A stretch of DNA of 64,000 nt from positions 992,001 to 1,056,000 of the forward strand of contig OY970061.1 of assembly GCA_963705255.1 (NCBI GenBank), read 5' to 3'. Positions 22,805 to 33,130 of the stretch are shown here, one piece after another (position 1 is the stretch's first letter; each line of letters begins with the position of its first letter). The DNA comes from an uncultured Methanoregulaceae archaeon (lineage in GTDB: Archaea > Halobacteriota > Methanomicrobia > Methanomicrobiales > Methanospirillaceae). The translations under genes and the position numbers were made by a program. The notes below the pieces were generated by a model, which did no database searches, was not told the DNA's origin, and saw nothing but the letters and a program-made list of their open reading frames with translations.

Positions 22805-23205
22805 GGCCGAAAGATTTTCCGGGCCAAGTCTGAGCGCACCGAATATATTTCTGATACGATCCCGTACGAGGCAAAAAATTCCCGGCCCGATCTGAGTTGC
22901 GACAAATTTCTTTTTGGCTCGTACCGAGTTGGGCCAAAAATATTTTTGACGCGATCTGAGGTGAGGCAAATTATTTTTTGGCGCGACCGGGGCGTGTCTG
23001 ACACTGCGTCTTCAGACGTGAATGGTTATTTCCGGGTGGGGGTCACGCTGATTTTTTTGGCTCGTACTGAGTTGAGGCAATTTTATTTTTGCCTCGAACT
23101 GAGTTGAGCCGGAAATTTTTTTGGCGTGAAAGGGCATGAGGCAAAAATATTTCCGGGGCGTACTGAGCCGGGCCGGGAAAATTTTTGAGCGGGGCGAGGG
23201 GTACC
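22805..23205. repeat. Degenerate ~32-bp tandem repeat array (about 11 units)
   Basis: Consensus close to CAAAAATATTTTTGGCTCGTACTGAGTTGAGG, aligned by eye. Confidence 0.7.
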
Positions 23206-23619
23206 TGCGGTCTTTGGGTTGTCCAGGATCGGCCGGGTTTTTGAGTGAGTGTGGTACAACGGAGCGGCGGGGAAGTGGTGCCGTTCCGAATCGCTGTTTC
23301 GCGGTTCGTAATTTTACCCGCTTAACCACGTGTTTCAGCGCAGAGAACACCCAACTGCAGGTCTTTGACATTAGAGGGAAAATATTTCGACTACTTTGAG
23401 CACGGCAAAAATTTGTTGCTGAGTTCTTTGCATCAAATCCTGACATGTCAGATGGAAATTAATATGACCTCACAGTCTGAATGAATATCTATGGGAAAGA
23501 TCGGGGAAAAACAAGCTGAATGAGAAGAAACCGGCAGAGCATCTCACGAAGCTGCAGCGGGAAAACCTCGATAAGACCAAAAAAGAGTACGGGTCGGCAC
23601 TGCAACAGCTCAGCCGGCT

Positions 23620-23982
23620 TTAATCATCCACTACCGTATTCTCTTTTATCCAAGATTCAACTGATGCTCTGCTATAGATGTACGATGCCACATCCAGCAT
23701 GAATACGACGACAGCTTCATTTGAGGCACTGATCCTGCAATGATGTTCCCTTACGAGGTTATCAGCAGTAACGAGGGCGGTCCGCTTGTTGCCATCGATA
23801 AACGGATGTCCGGTGCAGATTCCATGAAGGGCAACAGCAACCTTCCTGTACATTGTGCGTGAACGGTTCACTTGGTAAACTATGTAGTCGAGTGTTGCAG
23901 GATCCCGCAGGCCGGGCTCTCCGCCGAAGTCACGGATAATATCGTTATGAATTTCGATAACCTGGTCAGCACTCAACACCAT
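23620..23982 (-). CDS. Fic/Doc (death-on-curing) family toxin
   Basis: IEIHNDII..FGG..GLRD and HPFIDGNKRTA. Confidence 0.92.
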   Translation of the reverse strand: MVLSADQVIEIHNDIIRDFGGEPGLRDPATLDYIVYQVNRSRTMYRKVAVALHGICTGHPFIDGNKRTALVTADNLVREHHCRISASNEAVVVFMLDVASYIYSRASVESWIKENTVVDD

Positions 23983-24097
23983 ACCTGCCCACGCAGGAAT
24001 ATTACCGGTCCGGCATGTTCAATTATTCGAACTGCTGTTCACCCAATTCCACCCGTTCGCTATCCTCTGCGATGATCGCCTGTGAAGGATCAGGTTG

Positions 24098-24815
24098 CCG
24101 GGAAGGGGATACCCCCACTATGTCCGGAGGGGTACCCACCCCTTGTCCTGAGGGAGGGGGAGGTACCCTCTTGGGTGAAGGGCTCCGGATGGTATAACCC
24201 AGCTTTTGTCATATCCTTGCTCCGTCTGATAGGGGGTCTGTCATGGAGTACTACCCAACCGGGCCCGTACAGGGCTCCGATTCCCGGTTTTTCCGGGAAC
24301 AGAGACAGTAATTCCGAAAAATGATACAGTAATTCATGCAAATCCGGTCATTTTTACGTCTGAAACCATGAGACGCTATTTGGGTGTATTTGGATGGCAG
24401 ATCTCAGCCCGGATTGATGTTTAGTATCTGCAACTCGGAAAAACAGCGTTTTTCCTCAACGCTCGGGTCGGCCCGACCCTCAGGGAATATCCGGCTGGAA
24501 AAGATTACGAAGAATCCCTACGGATTCTTCTCATCCTCAACATTCTGATGAACGTCTCGGAATCCGAAGGGATCTTCGACTTGCGAATCATTCCAGACTG
24601 TCAGAACATGGAACCGGAGGGGGGGGTACCCCTCATGTACTCAGAGGGGTGGGGGGGAGGTACCCCCCTGGCTGACACGGGCCGGATAACCGGGTCTATC
24701 GACTGTGATCCCACAAGAAGCGCCGGTCGGATGCCTGGAGCCGGAGGGGCTGGGTACCCCTTGTGTACTCAGTGGGGTGGGGGGTGCCTCCCTTCCTCGG
24801 AGGGGTACCCCCTCT
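24098..24815. repeat. G/C-run repeats centred on GGTACC palindromes
   Basis: Three related ~50-bp units at about 24124, 24614 and 24742, plus single GGGGTACCCC-like sites. Confidence 0.7.
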
Positions 24816-24944
24816 CTCAACAGGATAGGCTCCCACCCCCCAAAGAGCGATTGAAAATTGTTGAGATGCGACAATGCGATGCGGAACGATTGGGAATTAA
24901 TCGGGGAAGACTGCTAAACCCCTAAAAAATTAATCCTCTTTTTC

Positions 24945-25157
24945 TCATTCTCTAAGTTCGCGTTCAAGTTCATTTACTATGGTCCGAATCACGTCCGATC
25001 TGGTATTAATTTCTCTTACCAGGATATTGGAACGACGGTCCAACCGCTCTATCTCGTCATGAATCCTCTCGAGCTCCCCAATCCCTTTTGTATTTTCTTC
25101 AAGCAGAGCACGTCCTTTTACAAGGCTCCCCCTCATCGAACTGGTAATTTTCTTCAT
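24945..25157 (-). CDS. Small coiled-coil hypothetical protein
   Basis: 70-aa ORF with heptad-like L/I/E/R pattern. Confidence 0.5.
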   Translation of the reverse strand: MKKITSSMRGSLVKGRALLEENTKGIGELERIHDEIERLDRRSNILVREINTRSDVIRTIVNELERELRE

Positions 25158-25264
25158 ATTTCACTGAGAGGTCGAACTTATATCAAAATATATTGTGAGC
25201 GGCTTTCGTGGGGTTTCAGGATCAAAAGACAATAATTAACGTGTTGAAATATAATCAGGGAACT

Positions 25265-25906
25265 ATGTTTTGCCAGAAATGCGGGAAGGAAAACCCCGAC
25301 ACTGCAAAATTCTGTAATGCTTGTGCTGCACCTCTTACGTTGATGCCAATGCAACAACCCGAACCGGAGTTGATTCCGAAACCTGCACTCGAACCAATAA
25401 AATGTAGATGCTGTGGCACAATGATCCAACCTTGGGAAAAATATTGCAGTAAATGTTTAGTGATACCATCGACTGATACCGGTTCACAATCTCAACAAAA
25501 AGATGCAACCGGATCCTTCTTCAAAACTACGGAGAACCGTAATATCGTAATAATCAGTATTATATTCCTCTTTCTAATCTTCGTCGTTTGTATAATACTA
25601 TCATCCGGGTCATCCGGACCCGAAAATGTAAAAGATGTGATTAAAGCCAGCGGGGGAGAATATTCCACAAGAACAAATTTCTTATCGGGAACAAAAACAT
25701 ATACCGTTGATATGACGTTTACGAATACAGGTAGTGAACCCCATACCTTCTTTGGGGGAATATCAATCTTTAATTCCGATTATACTACGTCAAACTATAA
25801 AGGTGAGACCATGACATTACCCCCCGGGGATTCAAAAACAATTACTGAAACATTCACTACGGATTATTCGTTTAATTTCGGTGGGCTATCTTATAAGGTT
25901 GAATAA
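25265..25906 (+). CDS. Double zinc-ribbon membrane protein
   Basis: MFCQKCG..NPD.AKFCNAC, CRCCG...YCSKC, one TM helix, extracellular beta domain; AT-rich. Confidence 0.8.
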   Translation: MFCQKCGKENPDTAKFCNACAAPLTLMPMQQPEPELIPKPALEPIKCRCCGTMIQPWEKYCSKCLVIPSTDTGSQSQQKDATGSFFKTTENRNIVIISIIFLFLIFVVCIILSSGSSGPENVKDVIKASGGEYSTRTNFLSGTKTYTVDMTFTNTGSEPHTFFGGISIFNSDYTTSNYKGETMTLPPGDSKTITETFTTDYSFNFGGLSYKVE

Positions 25907-25981
25907 CTATTTTTTTACGCTCTTCCATTCGGGTTTCTTCGATCATGAAACATAACTTTACAGAAGCGAGAAGCTGAAAAA

Positions 25982-26066
25982 TGCGAGGGAGGGGATTCGA
26001 ACCCCCGAACTCCTTCGAGACCAGGCCCTGAACCTGGCGCCTTTAACCGGGCTTGGCAACCCTCGC
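25982..26066 (-). tRNA. tRNA-Leu(CAG)
   Basis: GCGAGGG acceptor stem, anticodon arm CCAGG-TTCAGGG-CCTGG, long variable arm, GGTTCGAATCC T-loop; 85 nt. Confidence 0.97.
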
Positions 26067-26256
26067 ATGTATCTTTCTTACACAATATCACGCCAACACC
26101 ACGACGTAGGCCCTGAACCTATCGCCTTTGACCTGGCTCGGCGATCCTCGCGCCTGTATAGTTTACCCGCCCGATTTAATAAAGGTAAGGGAGATGAGGT
26201 GTGAGACGGGGGAGATGGTAGGGGATGATGGGTTAGACGGAGGGAGATGAGGGAGA

Positions 26257-28120
26257 CTACGTCCTCCGGTTGTTGTTGCTCTCGGCCAGGAACTTCTTCT
26301 GCTCCTGCTCCCGGAGATCCTTCCTGCGGATCTTGCCGGAGATCGTCTTGGGGAGCGAGTCCACGAACTCGATGATCCGGGGATACTTGTAGGGGGCGGT
26401 CACCTTCTTGACATGGTCCTGGATCTCGCGGATCAGCGCCTCGGTCGGGCTGATGCCGGGCTTGACGATGATGAAGGCCTTCACGACGAGGCCGCGGATA
26501 TCGTCCGGCGACCCGACGACCGCCGCCTCGGCAACGGCCGGGTGCTCGATAAGCGCACTCTCGACCTCGAATGGCCCGATCCGGTAGCCGGAGGCCTTGA
26601 TCACGTCGTCGTCCCTTCCGATGAACCAGAGGTACCCGTCCTCGTCGCGGTACGCCTTGTCCCCGGTATAGTACCAGTCGCCGACGAACGATTTTTTGTT
26701 CTCCTCGGGGTTGTTGAGATATTCCCGGAACATCCCGACGGGGCGGGGGGTCATCTTTATCGCAATCCTTCCTTCCTCGTGGTCCGCGACGACCTTGCCG
26801 TTGTCGTCGTGGAGCTCGATCTGCCAGCCGGGGGAGGGCTTCCCCATCGACCCGAACTTGGGGATCATGCCGGGGAAGGTCCCGATGCAGAGGACGGTCT
26901 CGGTCTGGCCGTAGCCTTCGTAGATGGTCAGGCCGGTCGCGTCCTTCCAGGCCTTGATCACTTCGGGGTTCAGGGGTTCGCCGGCGCTCACGCAGTGCCG
27001 GAGCTCGGAGAAGTCGAACTTGTCGAGGTCGGCGAGGATGAGCATGCGGTAGATGGTCGGCGGGGCACAGAACGTGGAGATGCCGTACTTCTCGATGAGC
27101 GGGAGGATCTCGGTTGGATTGAACCTGCTCCGGATATCGTACACGAAGATAGCGCTCCCCTCGATCCACTGGCCGTAAAACTTGCCCCAGGCGCTCTTCG
27201 CCCACCCGGTATCGGAGAGCGTTAAGTGAAGGTCGTTTGTCCGCAGGTCATGCCAGAAGCGGGCCGTGACGATATGCCCGAGCGGGTAATTGTGGTCATG
27301 GAGCACCATCTTGGGCTCACCGGTGGTGCCGGAAGTGAAGAAGATCACGAGCGGGTCGGTGCTCCGGGTCTTTTTCATACCAGGAAGGTTGACCAGTTTT
27401 GCCGAGACCGGGGCCGGGTAGTCGAGTTCCACCGGGTAACTGATCCAGCCCGGGCGCTTGCCGTCGATAACCATCCGGCAGGTCAGCGAGGGGCACTCCT
27501 TGGCGATCTCGTCGATCTTTGCGGCATGCTCCTCCATGGTGACGACCATCTTGATCTCGGCGATGTTGATCCGGTACTTCAGGTCCTTCGGCGTCAGCAT
27601 CGTGGGGGCCGGGCAGTAGACCGCTCCCCGCTTGATCAGGGCGAGGGTGAAGGTCCACCATTCCGGGACACGGGGGAGCATGATCAGGACGCGGTCGCCC
27701 TTATTGACGCCGTACTTGATCAGCATGTTCACGATCTGGTTCGAGAGACCGCATCAGGTCCCAGAAGGTGAACTTCTTCTCCACCCCCTCCTGGTTCACC
27801 CAGATCATCGCGAGCTTGTTCCGGTCCTTGCCCGCCCAGGCATCGATGACATCGAAGCCGAAGTTGAAAAATTCTGGCACCTCGATGCGGAAATTCCGGT
27901 ACATCTCATCATAATCGGGCATGTTGTGATGATCCGGTCCGGTTACCGGGCCTGCGGAAGGAAGCAGGGTCACCCCTCCCGGACCTGAACCCGGGACCTG
28001 GTGCAGCTGTGCCGCACACGCCTCGCTGATCCAGTCAGAACGGGAAATTTTCCGCTTTTCACAGGATTTATCAATCGTTTCCGTAAGCCGGTCTTCCATC
28101 GTAACAGAGTATCGCACCAT
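26257..28120 (-). CDS. Acyl-CoA synthetase (AMP-forming) with N-terminal ribbon-helix-helix domain (frameshift near 27745)
   Basis: FTSGTTGEPK, YGQTE, GDKAYRD, PKTISGKI. N-terminus MVRYSVTMEDRL...ISRSDWISEAC is in ORF 27701..28174. Confidence 0.88.
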
Positions 28121-28701
28121 ACGGATCCATTTGGTGGTGCGCTTATTACGTTTTTCGATAATTATCTGCACCACAAGGGGTGGGTCCCCGGCAGCATCGA
28201 TAAACCTCCGGGTAGTTGTCCGTGAAGCAAACGGTTGATAAAAATGAGGATATGGGAATCCGGTGGGTGAACCTGGTGGGGATAGACAACGAACCTTGTG
28301 GATACCAGATGGGTTGAATTATACCACAATTTCAGATGTCTCTTACTACGAGCTCTTCTTCGCTGGAAACTCAGCGGCTGCATACAGGTATTAACGGGTA
28401 CAAGTCAAAACGCCCGGTTCACCGGACAGCAACTTCCCTTTTTATCCCGCAACCGGCTTTGCCGTCATAACCCTTTCCCAGGAGTTTTGACGGGAGGTTC
28501 CCGCTCCGGACTCATGCAACCGGATACGTCCTGAACTCCTGACCGAACCGGGCCGGATCATCGCGCGATTCACCGTATCTACCCGGATCTCCCGTTATTT
28601 TTTCGTTTTTGTGGCAACCTTGAAATAGAAACAACCAGCACCTTCTTATTCAGCTCATACTGCGACGTGAAAAACGCCAAAAATTGAAATGAGGCAAGAC
28701 C

Positions 28702-29304
28702 TTGTCGTTTTTTATCATAAGTCCTGATATTTATAACTGGATCGTCCTCCCGCTGCTCATCTTTGTCGCCCAGATCTGCAACGTGAGCCTGGAGACGATC
28801 CGGGTCATCTACGTCTCGAAAGGGATCAAATACCTCGCCCCGGTCATCGCATTCTTTGAGATCGTGATCTGGCTGCTTGCCATAGAGGCGATCCTGACCG
28901 ACATCTCCAATATCGCGATGTTCCTCGGGTTCGCGTTCGGGTTTGCGCTGGGAACGTATGTCGGGCTGGTAATCGACGAGAAGCTTTCCGTCGGGAGGGT
29001 GCTCGTCCGTATCGTGACACCCGGGGGATCCAATGAAGAGATTGTCTCTTTTTTACAACAGGGGAATTACGGGGTGACGAGTCTCGATGCGCAGGGTTCG
29101 CGGGGCGACGTCAAGATGATCCTCTCGCTGGTCAACAGGGCAGAAATTCCCCGGATCATGGAGCATCTCAAAACGACCAACCCGGATGCCTTCTTCTCTA
29201 TCGAAGATGTCCGGTACGTGAACCAGGGCGTGTTCCGGCCCTGGAGGCCCACGGTGTTTACAGGGATGATCCATCCGTTCACCCGGTCCCGGAAAAAGAA
29301 CTGA
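28702..29304 (+). CDS. DUF5698/DUF2179 membrane protein
   Basis: LPLLIF, VSLETIR, FFEIVIWL, GFALGTYVG, YGVT, PDAFFSIEDVR. Confidence 0.85.
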   Translation: MSFFIISPDIYNWIVLPLLIFVAQICNVSLETIRVIYVSKGIKYLAPVIAFFEIVIWLLAIEAILTDISNIAMFLGFAFGFALGTYVGLVIDEKLSVGRVLVRIVTPGGSNEEIVSFLQQGNYGVTSLDAQGSRGDVKMILSLVNRAEIPRIMEHLKTTNPDAFFSIEDVRYVNQGVFRPWRPTVFTGMIHPFTRSRKKN

Positions 29305-29550
29305 TTTTTGTTCCGGTCAGACTGAGCGGTGAAATTTTTAAAATCCGTTCCTTTTTCAATCTGCCTTTTTATCCTGATACCGGGGATCGTGAGGACCGGG
29401 CCGGCAGGCAGGAACCGCTTTTCAGGCTGCGCTTTCCGGCACGACCCGGCTCACGTTTCCGGATAAAAGATCGTCGAAACCGGAGACACTCATGATACCA
29501 TAAAGGTTCTCCATTAGTATTATGATTCAGGGCACAGCATAGTATAGTGG

Positions 29551-30105
29551 ATGGCTGATAAAAAGTACGCTTCATTAAAAATTGAGAATATCGTGGCCTC
29601 GGGAGTCATTGCCGATTCCATCGATCTGGCTGAAGTTTCCGGCAAGATCAAGAGCTGCGAGCTCAATACGAAACGGTTCCCCGGCGCAGTCTATCGTATT
29701 GAGAACCCGAAGATTGCGTCCCTGATCTTCTCCTCCGGTAAAGTCGTGCTGACCGGTATCCGGGACAAAAAAGCGCTCACTGACGGGCTCAACATCATCA
29801 TCAAATCCCTCAAGGCGGCGGGTGTCGACACCTTCAAGGAGCCGAAGGTGGCGATCACCAATATCGTCTGCTCCTATGATATCGGCAAATACATCAACCT
29901 CAACAAGGTGGTCATTACCCTCAACCTGGAGAATATCGAGTACGAGCCCGAACAGTTCCCGGGACTCGTCTACCGCATCAAGGACCCCAAGATCGTCGCA
30001 CTTCTCTTCTCGTCGGGGAAGATCATCCTGACCGGCGGCAAAAATCTTGAAGACATCAAAAAGGGCCTCGATTTCCTCGAGCAAAAGCTCGAGAGCATAA
30101 TGTAA
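29551..30105 (+). CDS. tbp: TATA-box-binding protein
   Basis: Two TBP repeats (IENIVAS...LIFSSGKVVLTG; YEPEQFPGLVYR...LLFSSGK). Confidence 0.97.
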   Translation: MADKKYASLKIENIVASGVIADSIDLAEVSGKIKSCELNTKRFPGAVYRIENPKIASLIFSSGKVVLTGIRDKKALTDGLNIIIKSLKAAGVDTFKEPKVAITNIVCSYDIGKYINLNKVVITLNLENIEYEPEQFPGLVYRIKDPKIVALLFSSGKIILTGGKNLEDIKKGLDFLEQKLESIM

Positions 30106-30210
30106 ATTTTTTCAATAACGTATTTCTGAATTTATTTGTTATTTTTTCCTCGTCTTCATTTGTCAGCGGAATCCTTACGTTCGGTTTATCTGACCCGGAC
30201 TCAAAATTAC

Positions 30211-30415
30211 GATGAACGCCGCCGCCCCCGACGGGGCGCCCCCGCGGCGGATCAATTACCTTTCATTGCCTAATACAGGGTAATCTGCCCCGCCGTGGCT
30301 CGAAAGTCTTACGACTTTCTCGACTTCGTGGTTCTAATGAACCACTCAGTTCCACGAATGGGCCCTGAGGCTGGGGTCCTCATATTCGAAGGAGCGTACC
30401 TGAATTTTTACGTGC
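30211..30415. repeat. Hairpin-rich intergenic element (MITE/REP-like or ncRNA)
   Basis: Stems CGCCCC/GGGGCG, CCGCCGC/GCGGCGG, GAAAGTC/GACTTTC, GTGGTTC/GAACCAC between convergent genes. Confidence 0.5.
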
Positions 30416-30433
30416 GGGAACACTCTCCCTGCA

Positions 30434-33130
30434 TCACGACCAGTAGCGGTGCGTCTGGATAAAATTTCGTTCTGCTTTGAGGATCTCCCGGTAGAATGCA
30501 TCTCCTTCCGTGAGCGTGGCAAGTATCCGGGAGGCGATCTCCGGCCCGACACCCCGTGCGGAGAGGGCGATCACCGCCTTCTTCCCGCTTGAGAGGACGA
30601 TATTTGCGTTCTTCAGAAGGCGCTGTTCGACCGCCCGCTCCTCAGCCGACTTCCTGGTCTTCTTCACGGTGGCGTACTGCTCCTCTTCGTAGGGCTTGAG
30701 AGCGGCGACGAGACGGGCCCCGCACTTCGGGCACTGGGGGCGGTCAGCGACACGGGACACGACAGTCCGGCTCTTCCAGTCCCGGCAGTTCATGCAGGCC
30801 AGCAGCACGTCGTCCTGGTCGAGCCTTCTTTTCAGGGTCATGAGCACCGCCTGGTCAGCAGTCGGGGGCGGGATCTGGTCCCGTGAGGAGAGGAGCCCCC
30901 CGGCGCCGATCAGCGAGTGCGGACCAAGGGCGACGCGGATCTCTCCCTGACGGACCCGGCTGACGATGGCAACGGCGGTATCGACATCCATGTATTCCGA
31001 GAACAGCTCCCGGTATGCCTCCTGCTGGACGACCGTGTTGTCGAAAAATTCGAGCAACCGGTGGATACTGATCTTCTCGTAATCGGCGTCAGGATCGATA
31101 GCACCGAATTTCTTTGCAATCTGGACCAGTTTCCACTTGAACAGTGCCGTCCGCTTCAGGGCGAGGCGGAGCACCCCCGGCATATGGGCGGGTTCGAGCG
31201 AGAGCAGGATGTCCCGGACATCGGCAGCCCGGATGGATGACGGCAGCCGGAGGAGCATCCGGTAGGCATCGAGTTCGAGTCCTACGGTTGTCCCGTAGCG
31301 GGCGGAGATCAGGATAGAGATGACCCGCCCCAGCGCCTCGTTGGCCTTGTGGCCGGCACAGACATTGAGGACGACACCATCGTCGGTATTTTCGAGGGTG
31401 ATGAGCTGGTCGGTGGGGATGAGCGAGCGGTTCCGGTCCATCTCGACAAGGAACTTTTCTGCAAAGAGAATCGCCTCCCGTTCCGGAGTATAATCCGCGA
31501 TGTCCCGCTTCCTGCGCATCCCACCGACTTCGCGGGCCACCGAGTACGGTACCGGGATCTGTTCGCCTTCCCAGGAGGGCAGTTCCCCCTGGGCCTTCTT
31601 TGCCGGTTCGACCGTGAGCCTGCCGTCGGCGATCTCCAGTACCCGCCAGAGCTGGCCCTTGGTAATAAAAACGGCCCCGGTATGCACCCAACCGACCACA
31701 AAGGATTCATCGAGGGTGCCGACAGTCCTCCGGGTGACCATATCGAAGACCGGCACTTTCCGCTCGTCGTGGATCATCGAGAGGTTCCCTGCGAGGTAGC
31801 GGCGGGCACGGGCGGTGGTGATGATCCGGGTGCCATCGATCCGGATGAGGCGGTGCTCTTCTATCTGGCGGCAGACATCGTCAAGCAGGGAACCGTAGTC
31901 CGTAAAAACCGCAGAACGTTCCAGTATTTCGCGGATTTTTTGCCGTTCGATCTCCCCGTACTCGACCGCCATTGCCGCGACCTGATTTGCCAGCACGTCC
32001 GCTGCGTTCCTGTGAGGGGTAACCTGTTCGATCTCGTTGGCTTTTGCCTTCTGTACAATGACAAGGGATTCGAGCAGGTCGTCAAACCCCGTGGCAAAGA
32101 CCGTCCCTTTCGATACGGTGTTCAGCTGGTGGCCTGCACGTCCGACCCGCTGCACCAGCCGGGCGACCTCCCGGGGAGAACCGAACTGGACGACATGATC
32201 GACCCGCCCGATATCGATCCCCAGTTCCATCGACGAGGTACAGATAAGGGTCCGGATCTCGCCCCGTTTGAACCGCTCTTCGGCATCGATCCTCACTTCC
32301 TTTGAGAGCGACCCGTGGTGGACTTCGACATCTCCCCTCTCGAATAGTGCGTGTCCCAGGGCCTCGGCAGTCACCCGGGTGTTGACAAAGACCAGGGTCG
32401 ACCCCTCCCGTTGTAGCGCTTTTGAAAGCTCTCTCACCTGGTGCTGGAAATCATCGCCAACGAATTTTACCACGATCTCCAGTTGTTTTGCCACCGGGAC
32501 CTGCACGACAGAAAATTTCCGGGCCCCGCACAGGAACCGCGCCACATCCCCGGGATTTCCGACCGTTGCCGACAACCCGATCCGCTGGAACTCGCCGGCA
32601 TGGACAACGAGCCGCTCCAGTGCAACCGAGAGCTGGGCCCCCCGCTTGCTTCCGGCAAGCTCATGAATCTCATCGATGATCACATACTTCACGTTTGCCA
32701 GGTGCTTCCGGAGCCGTTTTCCCATGAAGAGGGCCTGGAGGGTCTCGGGAGTCGTGATCAGGAGATCGGGAGGAGAAAGGGCCTGCTTTCGCCGTTCTGA
32801 AAGAGGCGTGTCCCCGTGGCGGACCCCGGCCCTGAGGCCCAGTTCGCTGCACCACCACTGCATCCGGGAAAGGATATCGCGGTTCAGGGAGCGGAGCGGG
32901 GTGATGTAGAGCGCCTTGATCCCGCCGCCGGCAGGCAGGGAGAGCAGGCGGTCAAAGACGGGGAACATGGCACTCTCGGTCTTGCCGGTACCCGTTGGTG
33001 CGATCAGGACGACGTTGTTCCCGTCACGGATGAGGGGGATTGCCTGTTTCTGGGCGTCTGAAAGGGCGGTAAAACCGCGTTTGCGGATGCACGCCTGCAC
33101 TTTTGGATCGAGAGCTTCAATCTCCTTCAT
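30434..33130 (-). CDS. lhr: Lhr-like DEAD/DEAH helicase
   Basis: APTGTGKT, DEIH, GLSAT, HHGSLS, QRVGRAGH, LPSWEGE, C-terminal Zn ribbon. Confidence 0.92.
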   Translation of the reverse strand: MKEIEALDPKVQACIRKRGFTALSDAQKQAIPLIRDGNNVVLIAPTGTGKTESAMFPVFDRLLSLPAGGGIKALYITPLRSLNRDILSRMQWWCSELGLRAGVRHGDTPLSERRKQALSPPDLLITTPETLQALFMGKRLRKHLANVKYVIIDEIHELAGSKRGAQLSVALERLVVHAGEFQRIGLSATVGNPGDVARFLCGARKFSVVQVPVAKQLEIVVKFVGDDFQHQVRELSKALQREGSTLVFVNTRVTAEALGHALFERGDVEVHHGSLSKEVRIDAEERFKRGEIRTLICTSSMELGIDIGRVDHVVQFGSPREVARLVQRVGRAGHQLNTVSKGTVFATGFDDLLESLVIVQKAKANEIEQVTPHRNAADVLANQVAAMAVEYGEIERQKIREILERSAVFTDYGSLLDDVCRQIEEHRLIRIDGTRIITTARARRYLAGNLSMIHDERKVPVFDMVTRRTVGTLDESFVVGWVHTGAVFITKGQLWRVLEIADGRLTVEPAKKAQGELPSWEGEQIPVPYSVAREVGGMRRKRDIADYTPEREAILFAEKFLVEMDRNRSLIPTDQLITLENTDDGVVLNVCAGHKANEALGRVISILISARYGTTVGLELDAYRMLLRLPSSIRAADVRDILLSLEPAHMPGVLRLALKRTALFKWKLVQIAKKFGAIDPDADYEKISIHRLLEFFDNTVVQQEAYRELFSEYMDVDTAVAIVSRVRQGEIRVALGPHSLIGAGGLLSSRDQIPPPTADQAVLMTLKRRLDQDDVLLACMNCRDWKSRTVVSRVADRPQCPKCGARLVAALKPYEEEQYATVKKTRKSAEERAVEQRLLKNANIVLSSGKKAVIALSARGVGPEIASRILATLTEGDAFYREILKAERNFIQTHRYWS

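Noticed and set aside
22805-23205. CRISPR array
   Set aside because: Units are degenerate and contiguous, with no identical repeats, no unique spacers and no cas genes.
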